Virus record (IMG/VR): IMGVR_UViG_3300009091_000010
Location: 1 to 6,512 of that record
Reading direction: 5' to 3' (one strand)
Source of the DNA: a virus
Length of the DNA stretch: 6,512 bases
Of this stretch, positions 1 through 5,627 are shown piece after piece. Under the pieces are notes generated by a model, which ran no database searches, was not told where the DNA came from, and worked only from the letters and a program-made list of their open reading frames with translations. The position numbers and the translations under genes were made by a program. Every line of letters starts with the position of its first letter. The first letter of the stretch is position 1.

Positions 1-45
1 CTTGACTCTTTGCCTCAAACGCATGACAAGAGAAAAGACGATTAA
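1..45 (+). CDS. Duplicated 3' end (LDSLPQTHDKRKDD, then stop) of the 89-aa ORF at 6165-6434. It is a wrap-around artefact, not a separate gene.
   Basis: Same frame and sequence as 6390-6434. Confidence 0.6.
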   Translation, partial: LDSLPQTHDKRKDD

Positions 46-76
46 AAAACATATCTGCCGATATTAACGAATAGAA

Positions 77-104
77 TTAGCCGGAATTTGCACACCGGCA
101 CTAA
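77..104 (+). promoter_or_regulatory. GC-core hairpin in the rep leader, a candidate plus-strand origin element
   Basis: TTA-GCCGG (77-84) pairs with CCGGC-(AC)-TAA (95-104) around the 10-nt loop AATTTGCACA. It lies directly upstream of a Rep_trans-type initiator gene. A smaller hairpin, ATATC/GATAT, sits at 51-64. Confidence 0.3.
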
Positions 105-113
105 ATAAAAGAC

Positions 114-150
114 AAAAAAAAACCCCACAACCGTTGCAAGCGGTCTGGGG
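114..150 (-). terminator. Rho-independent terminator-like hairpin with a U9 tract, read on the minus strand
   Basis: CCCCA (123-127) pairs with TGGGG (146-150), and ACCG (130-133) pairs with CGGT (141-144). On the minus strand the hairpin is followed directly by T9 (complement of A114-A122). The plus strand has no T run after the hairpin. Confidence 0.5.
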
Positions 151-195
151 GTCGGCAACCTTTCCAAGCATTAAACAACAATACAAGGTCACAAA

Positions 196-1326
196 ATGAG
201 TTTATCTTATTCAGAAAAAAATGCAATAGTCCAGCAACAAAAATTAGAACAAAGCCGCGCCGCTTCAATTTATCCCATCAAATACATAGACGCTTTAGAT
301 TGCTCTAGCGTCGAATATCAAAACGAATTCACGGACCAATTCGATCCGATTATCCCCCCGTTTAGTAACACGGGGGGTACAAAACAAACAGTAATAAAAA
401 CAACGGTTTGCAGTTTGACCCCCACTATCGAAAAATTCTCTTGCATCGTCGATTTTCTTTCTTTTTCGTTTGCTCTTGAATCCGATTTTTCAATCGAAAA
501 TTTCACCTCGTCTCTTGATAACGTGGAAAAAATAATCCTCGAATTGTCCGGTCACGTTGGTGGTTTGGCTTGGGCTTTTCAAGACAAGGGCTTGTTCGGT
601 TACAAATATTCCGCAACCCTCGCCAGACACGGTCAAAATGTTGGCCTTGTTGGTTTCGGGGGCAATAACAATAGCTGTTATGTCTCGCTATCGGGTCAGG
701 GTTGCGTTGGTGTTGACATGTTCAACCTCAAAAAATTCGTCGAGAACTTGCCCGCCTGCAAAATCACCCGTATAGATCTTGCTCATGATGATCTTGAATG
801 TAAACAATCAATCCATGACTACCGCGCCCTTTATGAGTCCGGCGGTTTTGCCATGCATAACACCAATCCAAGCGCGCGCTTTATTGACGACATGGGCACC
901 GGCAAGGGTTCCACGCTCTATGTTGGCGCAAAGAGGAACGGCAAAGAGGCGTGTATTTACGAAAAAGGAAAACAACTTGGCTCTCAGGATTCCCCTTGGA
1001 TACGTTTCGAAGGCAGGCTAACCGCCGTTGATCGCGTTGTTTCTTTTGATGCCATGGTCAATCCTGCCCAGTATTTAGCCGCGCTTTATCCGCCGTTTGC
1101 TCATTTATCAGCTATTCACGCGCGTCTAGTAATCATTAAAAATCATACAAAAATAGCGCTCGATCATTTAGTCGAGTATGCATCGATTGCGTATGGTCGC
1201 CTCGTAAATTACCTAAAAGTACAGGGCAAAACCGATGCCCAGATTGTTGAAATGCTTATAGTTGACGGTATCCCCAAGCGTTTGATGATTCCTGTAACCG
1301 AAGAAATTAATATGATACCGTTTTAA
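196..1326 (+). CDS. Rolling-circle replication initiator, Rep_trans family (RstA / pT181 RepC-like), the functional analogue of gene II
   Basis: 376-aa ORF. AAGG RBS at 185-188. RIDLAHDD motif at nt 769-792. GSTLYVGAKRNGKEACIYEKG motif at nt 907-969, with candidate catalytic Tyr at 919-921. Both match the conserved Rep_trans blocks as I recall them. It is the first gene of the phage module. Confidence 0.85.
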   Translation: MSLSYSEKNAIVQQQKLEQSRAASIYPIKYIDALDCSSVEYQNEFTDQFDPIIPPFSNTGGTKQTVIKTTVCSLTPTIEKFSCIVDFLSFSFALESDFSIENFTSSLDNVEKIILELSGHVGGLAWAFQDKGLFGYKYSATLARHGQNVGLVGFGGNNNSCYVSLSGQGCVGVDMFNLKKFVENLPACKITRIDLAHDDLECKQSIHDYRALYESGGFAMHNTNPSARFIDDMGTGKGSTLYVGAKRNGKEACIYEKGKQLGSQDSPWIRFEGRLTAVDRVVSFDAMVNPAQYLAALYPPFAHLSAIHARLVIIKNHTKIALDHLVEYASIAYGRLVNYLKVQGKTDAQIVEMLIVDGIPKRLMIPVTEEINMIPF

Positions 1327-1332
1327 TAAAGT

Positions 1333-1360
1333 TTGCTATTATTAAAAACATGCCTATAAT
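1333..1360 (+). promoter_or_regulatory. Sigma70-like promoter for the ssb and structural genes
   Basis: TTGCTA (1333-1338), 16-nt spacer, TATAAT (1355-1360). The -10 overlaps the TTG at 1360 used by the ORF track, which argues for the ATG at 1396 as the true start. Confidence 0.45.
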
Positions 1361-1395
1361 TGCTAACAGTTACTCACGAACTGGAATTATTAGCC

Positions 1396-1695
1396 ATGCC
1401 ACTCATAAAGATTAAAGTACAAGATATATTTACTACGACTAGAACAGGCGTAGCCGCCAAAACCGGCAAAGCCTACAAGATGACTCAACAAGAAAACGTT
1501 TTCGTTGAGCTTAACGGTGAGATTAGAAAAATTCCCGTAATGCTGCAAGAAAATCAGCAACCGTTCGCCGCTGGCAATTACTCATTGAATCCCTTGTCTC
1601 TACTCAGAATAGGCCGTTTTGGCTTTGAAGTTGACGGATTTAAAGCGCTGGAATTGATACCCGTACAAATTGCAGGCATACCCAAAGCTGCATAA
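1396..1695 (+). CDS. Putative ssDNA-binding protein (gene V analogue), 99 aa from ATG 1396. The ORF track extends it to TTG 1360.
   Basis: Size and position between rep and the major coat gene fit. No membrane segment. The call rests on synteny rather than a recognised motif. Confidence 0.55.
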   Translation: MPLIKIKVQDIFTTTRTGVAAKTGKAYKMTQQENVFVELNGEIRKIPVMLQENQQPFAAGNYSLNPLSLLRIGRFGFEVDGFKALELIPVQIAGIPKAA

Positions 1696-1701
1696 AAAAA
1701 T

Positions 1702-1738
1702 TTAGTCGTTCACTCGTTTCAGAATAGATAACGACTAA
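1702..1738 (+). promoter_or_regulatory. Perfect 9-bp inverted repeat hairpin between ssb and the coat gene
   Basis: TTAGTCGTT (1702-1710) pairs with AACGACTAA (1730-1738), with a 19-nt loop. No T tract follows, so it is not a canonical terminator. Confidence 0.4.
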
Positions 1739-1784
1739 TAATCGCCCATAAGGGCAAAACATAACCTCAAAAGAGAAAAGCAAA

Positions 1785-1985
1785 ATGAAAAATCACAACT
1801 ATTTAAAATTCGTATCTGGTTCGGCTTTGGTTGTTGCTGGTATCGGTTCTGCGTCTGCCGCCGTTGATGCCGCTGTTACTACTGCAATTTCAGGCGCTGG
1901 CACTGATGCGGCAAGCGTCGGCGTTGCCGTCCTCGTTGTAATTGTTGGTATCTATGCGTTCAAATTGCTTCGTAAAGCTCTGTAA
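1785..1985 (+). CDS. Major coat protein (gene VIII analogue) with cleavable signal peptide
   Basis: 66 aa. Signal peptide MKNHNYLKFVSGSALVVAGIGSASA, with an ASA/A cleavage motif. The mature 41-aa peptide has an acidic N-terminus (D, D), a hydrophobic core and a basic C-terminus (KLLRKAL). A GAGA-type RBS lies upstream and a strong terminator lies downstream. Confidence 0.88.
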   Translation: MKNHNYLKFVSGSALVVAGIGSASAAVDAAVTTAISGAGTDAASVGVAVLVVIVGIYAFKLLRKAL

Positions 1986-2016
1986 TTTCTCCAAAAGAGA
2001 AAAACGTTAAAAATAG

Positions 2017-2045
2017 GGCTGGCCTTTACGGGGGCCGGCCTTTTT
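2017..2045 (+). terminator. Rho-independent terminator after the major coat gene
   Basis: GGCTGGCC (2017-2024) pairs with GGCCGGCC (2033-2040), with one G-U pair and an 8-nt loop, followed by TTTTT (2041-2045). This is the same placement as the terminator after Ff gene VIII. Confidence 0.8.
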
Positions 2046-2063
2046 CAATTAAGGGGGTTCAAA

Positions 2064-2273
2064 ATGGCAATCTGTGTAGCCGTATCTGGTTCCAATCTGG
2101 TCACAACGTCAACCGCAATCGGTTCGTGTACTGATTATGCGTTGTTGACTGCTAGCGAATACGCCGCAAGCGTTCCACCTATGACTGTCGATGATGCCAT
2201 GGCTTATTCTGGACTTGTTGTCCTCGCTTGGGCTATTGCGTGGAGTATTAAAATTTTGAGGCGTACATTATGA
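2064..2273 (+). CDS. Small coat-like membrane protein, a putative minor virion protein
   Basis: 69 aa. AGGGGG RBS at 2051-2056. C-terminal hydrophobic helix (GLVVLAWAIAWSI) followed by the basic tail KILRRTL, like a coat protein. ATGA overlap with the next micro-ORF. Confidence 0.5.
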   Translation: MAICVAVSGSNLVTTSTAIGSCTDYALLTASEYAASVPPMTVDDAMAYSGLVVLAWAIAWSIKILRRTL

Positions 2274-2338
2274 TTTCAAGCGTTGTATTTTTTGTTGTTG
2301 TTGCCGTTTTGGGGGCCGCGTGGATAACTTTCTCTTGA
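2270..2338 (+). CDS. 22-aa hydrophobic micro-ORF (MISSVVFFVVVAVLGAAWITFS), a candidate pVII/pIX-like tip protein or coupling ORF
   Basis: Not in the ORF track because it is too short. Its ATG at 2270 overlaps the stop of the 69-aa ORF (ATGA). Its TGA at 2336-2338 overlaps the in-frame TTG at 2335 of the pIII ORF. It encodes a single transmembrane-like helix. Confidence 0.35.
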   Translation: MISSVVFFVVVAVLGAAWITFS

Positions 2339-3663
2339 AGTTGGCGCTTTTTGCTCTGCTTATGTTTTCATCTTCGGTTTATGCCGTTGACCGAACAACC
2401 GCTTACCAAAATTGCCGAACATATCAGCAATCGTCTTGGTATACGGGGCAAGCTGATTATGATTGCAAAATAGCCTATACTGGTTCAACCGCTTATAACG
2501 CGTGGTTTAAAACAACAGGTGGCGTATGGTATGCGGACCAGTCACATTCTACTTATTTTAACTGGACCGGCTCCGACTGCCCATCTGGGCAAACATGGAG
2601 TGAAACAACTCACTCTTGTAGCGTGCCGTGTGCCGTAGGTGCAACCGCACAGCTCACCCAATTTACGCCTATTGGCACTCTTTTAACTTTATACATCGGC
2701 AAGGGTCCAGACCTCGTTCAGGGCGGCTGCACATATAGCTGTAATAGTGAGCAAACTTATGAAAAATACGATACCACCGGCGTTTATGCAACCTATTCTT
2801 GTACTGGTACTGGCGTAGTCAATAATACGGCTACAACCGTATCAAAGCCTACTGATGCAGTCCCAGTCGTCCTAAGTGCTGGCGGTCAAACCTGTTCAAG
2901 CAAAACGGGTAAAAACGTGTGTGTTGGCGGTGATATTCCCGCTGGTTGTTCGTACATTAACGGTGTTAAAACGTGTCCAAGTGGCACTAATTCGGCAACG
3001 GTCGGCATTTCTCCGCCTCTTGCTTCAACTGCCTCTAAAAATTGCGGTCGTGTAAACGGTAATGTCGTCTGCGTTCAGCCGTCTGGCACATCCAATAACG
3101 TATTGAACGCCGTAAGCCTTTCCGGTTCCGCCGCCATAACATACGAACAGGGCGTAAAAACCGTATCTACCGTATCGCCTACGGTCGCCAATCCTGACGG
3201 GTCAACAACTCAAACAACAACTAACACTACAAACATATATGGCGAGCCTGACGGCGTCACAACCGTTGATACATCAAATACAGGTGTTGCCACAACAACC
3301 AAAACAGGCGGTGCTACTGGTTCCGGTTCTGTTGGCAATGACCCAGCGATAGCTGATGCCGCAAAATCCGCCGCACTCGCCGAGTGTGCAAAACCCGAAA
3401 ACCAGGGGACGTTAGGTTGTGCCGGTTTCGGCGATATCCCCACTCAGGAAACCATATCCACAACCGCTGTCACCGCTGCCTTGTCGGTTGGCTCCTACGA
3501 TGTTGGCTCTTGTCCGGCTTCTCAAACAATCACCACATCACACGGCAACATTACTATGAGCAACACACCAATTTGCAATCTGGCAACCGGCATTAAACCT
3601 CTAAATTTGGCTATTGCCTATCTAGCCGCCGGCTTTATCGTTTTTGGCGCGGTGAGGTCCTAA
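2320..3663 (+). CDS. Adsorption / minor coat protein (gene III analogue)
   Basis: 447 aa from GTG 2320 (alternative start TTG 2335). Signal peptide ends VYA/VD. The N-terminal two thirds are Cys-rich (18 Cys in total). A Thr/Ser/Gly/Asn-rich linker follows. The C-terminal membrane anchor is LNLAIAYLAAGFIVFGAVRS. The gene sits after the coat gene. Confidence 0.78.
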   Translation: MDNFLLKLALFALLMFSSSVYAVDRTTAYQNCRTYQQSSWYTGQADYDCKIAYTGSTAYNAWFKTTGGVWYADQSHSTYFNWTGSDCPSGQTWSETTHSCSVPCAVGATAQLTQFTPIGTLLTLYIGKGPDLVQGGCTYSCNSEQTYEKYDTTGVYATYSCTGTGVVNNTATTVSKPTDAVPVVLSAGGQTCSSKTGKNVCVGGDIPAGCSYINGVKTCPSGTNSATVGISPPLASTASKNCGRVNGNVVCVQPSGTSNNVLNAVSLSGSAAITYEQGVKTVSTVSPTVANPDGSTTQTTTNTTNIYGEPDGVTTVDTSNTGVATTTKTGGATGSGSVGNDPAIADAAKSAALAECAKPENQGTLGCAGFGDIPTQETISTTAVTAALSVGSYDVGSCPASQTITTSHGNITMSNTPICNLATGIKPLNLAIAYLAAGFIVFGAVRS

Positions 3664-3939
3664 ATGATCGCCGCACTCGCTCCGTTCTTAATTGCTATAA
3701 CTGGATCACTCGCCGCTCGTGTCATGGTGGCGTTGGGGATTGGCGTGTTTTCCTACGCCGCTTTAAACGCGTTGGCTTCGTCCGTTGTTTCCGCCGTTAC
3801 CTCATCATATTCCGGCATGGGCGCTTTTCCGCTTGCTATTGTAAATCTTGCCGGTGGCTCTCAGGTTTTCGCTATCTTGACCGCCGCTATTATTACCCGC
3901 GCCTCGTTGATGGCTGTTAAAGCCATGCGTCCGATATGA
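3664..3939 (+). CDS. Minor coat / membrane protein (gene VI analogue, Ace-like position)
   Basis: 91 aa and very hydrophobic, with multiple predicted membrane helices. TAAATG junction with gene III and ATGA overlap with gene I. The call rests on synteny. Confidence 0.65.
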   Translation: MIAALAPFLIAITGSLAARVMVALGIGVFSYAALNALASSVVSAVTSSYSGMGAFPLAIVNLAGGSQVFAILTAAIITRASLMAVKAMRPI

Positions 3940-4991
3940 TAACTCTGATTACCGGCGGGCCTGGCACTGGCAAAACTGCGTGGCTACTTGATCAGCTTTT
4001 AACGCTACGCAAGGTTGAGCCAAACAAACTTTTATTTGTCCACGGTGTTCGAAACCTGCGTGGCATATCTCACGAAACAATATACTGTAGGTCACAGTTA
4101 TGTGATATTTGCCGTAGCGCGGATATACCGCAAGCTGCAAAATTCGTTGAAGAATGGCCTGTCTGGAAAGAGTCCAACTCTTTGGTTATCGTTGATGAAG
4201 TGCAGCGTATTTGGCGTCCTCGTTCCGGTGGTGCGGCTCCATCCGACGCGGTTAGCGGATTAGAAACCCATAGGCATTATGGTTTGGATTTCTGGCTCAT
4301 TTCTCAGGGTCCACACCTGTTCGATAATTTTATACGTCTGCTGGTTGGTCGTCACGTTCACCTTGTCTCGCGCTGGTCCGGTCGCACTCAATACGAGTGG
4401 CCTGAATGTAAGCAGGATGTCCAAAGCAGGGGCGACGCCGTAACGCGTCCTTACAAGTTGCCCGCACACGTTTACAAACATTATGATTCTGCTGAGGTCC
4501 ACACAAAGCAAGACAAAAGAAAGCCTATCAGTTTTTATGTCACTATTGCCGCTATCTTGCTTGCCATTTTTGCCGCTGGATTTGTTTACACACGGCTAAA
4601 AGCTCGTATAACTCCCATTGCGCCTGTACCGGCGAGTCAAACAGGGGTGGACGGTCTGCCGTCCTCCCCTGTGCAGGCCGCGTCCGTTCCGGTTGCAAAG
4701 CCCGTTTTTCCAGATTTTAAACCGACTGTTCCAAACGTCCCAGAGTCCGCGCCCGCTTACTCCGAGTTGGTGAAGGTCACGGTTGCGCCGGTGTTGTCCG
4801 GTTGTATATCAACACCCAAGGTTTGCAAGTGCTACACACAACAAGGCACTCCATACCCAACAACCAAAGAATTTTGCTCCTCGTATATTGCAGGTAATTA
4901 TTTCAACCCGTACAAGATGGAACGTGAAGGCAAGAACTATGCCAGCGACAAAAGCGAATTGTTAGCACAAAATGAAACAAAACACAACTAA
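3936..4991 (+). CDS. Zot / pI-family morphogenesis ATPase (gene I analogue)
   Basis: 351 aa. Walker A GGPGTGKT at nt 3954-3977. Walker B LVIVDE at nt 4182-4199. Single transmembrane segment ISFYVTIAAILLAIFAAGFVY at nt 4527-4589. Pro-rich linker and a Cys-containing C-terminal periplasmic domain. Confidence 0.9.
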   Translation: MITLITGGPGTGKTAWLLDQLLTLRKVEPNKLLFVHGVRNLRGISHETIYCRSQLCDICRSADIPQAAKFVEEWPVWKESNSLVIVDEVQRIWRPRSGGAAPSDAVSGLETHRHYGLDFWLISQGPHLFDNFIRLLVGRHVHLVSRWSGRTQYEWPECKQDVQSRGDAVTRPYKLPAHVYKHYDSAEVHTKQDKRKPISFYVTIAAILLAIFAAGFVYTRLKARITPIAPVPASQTGVDGLPSSPVQAASVPVAKPVFPDFKPTVPNVPESAPAYSELVKVTVAPVLSGCISTPKVCKCYTQQGTPYPTTKEFCSSYIAGNYFNPYKMEREGKNYASDKSELLAQNETKHN

Positions 4992-5057
4992 TTTAATTTA
5001 TTGACAACAAACAAAAAATGTGAATGACAATTTTAACAAAATACACAAAGTTACAAA

Positions 5058-5079
5058 CTTGTCAAGCTTATTTTGACAT
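5058..5079. promoter_or_regulatory. TGTCAA/TTGACA inverted repeat (pair 1) in the AT-rich intergenic region
   Basis: TGTCAA (5060-5065) and TTGACA (5073-5078) are separated by 7 nt. On the + strand, TTGTCA (5059-5064), an 18-nt spacer and TAAAAT (5083-5088) also read as a possible promoter. Confidence 0.35.
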
Positions 5080-5216
5080 CGTTAAAATCGTTATTCACTA
5101 ATCAAAAAATCAAACACGCTCATTAATGCCCCAAATTTAACGCGTGAGGCACGATAATTTAAGGTATAGCCTAGTATTGCTTTTTCATTTTCGTTAAAAG
5201 CATACTTTTTCGCAAA

Positions 5217-5241
5217 TGTCAAGAAAATAAATATCTTGACA
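5217..5241. promoter_or_regulatory. TGTCAAG/CTTGACA inverted repeat (pair 2)
   Basis: A 7-bp perfect inverted repeat, 5217-5223 and 5235-5241, with an 11-nt A/T loop. Confidence 0.35.
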
Positions 5242-5265
5242 AATAAAAATAACTGTGATTCTAAA

Positions 5266-5340
5266 AACCACATAAAACAGTAGGAATATAAACCACATAA
5301 AACAGTAGGAATATAAACCACATAAAGCAGTAGGTAATAC
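5266..5340 (+). repeat. Three tandem 25-bp direct repeats (iterons)
   Basis: AACCACATAAAACAGTAGGAATATA occurs at 5266-5290 and identically at 5291-5315. The third copy (5316-5340) matches 18 of the first 19 nt and then diverges. Confidence 0.9.
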
Positions 5341-5359
5341 GCAACTTATCAAAACTGGT

Positions 5360-5382
5360 CGGCGGGGTTACGCCGTTTATTT
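5360..5382 (+). terminator. Short terminator-like hairpin downstream of the iterons
   Basis: CGGCG (5360-5364) pairs with CGCCG (5371-5375), with a 6-nt loop, followed by TTTATTT. The stem is short, so this is tentative. Confidence 0.3.
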
Positions 5383-5420
5383 GCCAAACTGCATGAAGCG
5401 TTAGCGAATGCCACACTAAC

Positions 5421-5488
5421 GTGATGATGACAATACCTGCATCTAATCTTTATCATTCAACATTCACACCGGCTACGTCATCATTCAC
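5421..5488. repeat. Inverted repeat GTGATGATGAC / GTCATCAT(T)CAC
   Basis: 5421-5431 pairs with 5477-5488 (11 bp with one bulged T), enclosing 45 nt. A CGTTAG/CTAACG hairpin lies adjacent at 5399-5421. Confidence 0.5.
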
Positions 5489-5627
5489 CCTATTAACTAT
5501 TCTCAATCAATCGGGAATTATCATATTGCGTATCAGTGTAGCGTATGCGATAGCATAGCGTCTCACATCCGCAATTTATCGGTGTCAGGGCTTTTTTATG
5601 TATCCGACTATTTCAAATCATGGGATC

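Larger units (their letters stand above)
1..123. repeat. Terminal direct repeat, left copy (identical to 6390-6512)
   Basis: Base-by-base comparison shows 1-123 equals 6390-6512, including the A9 run. It carries the last 15 codons (including stop) of CDS 6165-6434. Confidence 0.95.

Noticed and set aside
318-1021. ORFs 318-506 (-), 557-775 (+) and 779-1021 (+) inside rep
   Set aside because: All are fully embedded in, or antisense to, the Rep_trans CDS, which has strong motif support. They have odd composition and no RBS, and are treated as frame shadows.
1360-1395. TTG start at 1360 for the ssb-like ORF (111-aa version)
   Set aside because: The TTG abuts the TATAAT -10 box at 1355-1360, so it would lie upstream of the predicted transcription start. 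ATG 1396 (MPLIKIKV...) is preferred. This remains uncertain because the SD before 1396 is weak.
3210-3596. ORFs 3210-3443 (-) and 3384-3596 (+) inside gene III
   Set aside because: They overlap the Thr/Gly-rich linker of the pIII-like protein. Their translations are low-complexity (VVV, PP runs) or Arg/Cys/His-rich junk. They are shadows of the real frame.
3949-4965. ORFs 3949-4140 (-), 4015-4263 (+), 4260-4511 (-) and 4783-4965 (+) inside gene I
   Set aside because: All are embedded in the Zot/pI CDS, whose Walker A, Walker B and transmembrane architecture fixes the reading frame. There are no independent signals.
5031-5058. dif-like XerCD site (TTTTAACAAAA-TACACA-AAGTTACAAAC, compared with the reverse complement of the E. 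coli-type dif consensus)
   Set aside because: The XerD arm matches 9/11 and the central region 5/6, but the XerC arm matches only about 3/11. The match lies in AT-rich DNA, where resemblance to the AT-rich XerD arm is easy to get by chance. Known Xer-exploiting phages conserve the XerC side. It is worth re-checking only once the host dif is known.
5179-5210. GCTTTT/AAAAGC hairpin followed by a T-rich stretch, as a possible terminator for the gene I operon
   Set aside because: The stem is only 6 bp and mostly A-U, and the T run is interrupted. It is too weak to call.
5091-5321. 76-aa minus-strand ORF in the intergenic region
   Set aside because: It starts at a GTG inside the 25-bp iterons, and its N-terminus is just translated repeat. 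No SD precedes either the GTG or the internal ATG (5273). It lies in very AT-rich, low-complexity sequence, and I found no convincing minus-strand promoter. It is most likely spurious, although a small membrane peptide cannot be fully excluded.
5266-5340. Possible CRISPR array
   Set aside because: The three repeats are directly contiguous with no spacers and only three copies. This is a tandem iteron array, not a CRISPR array.
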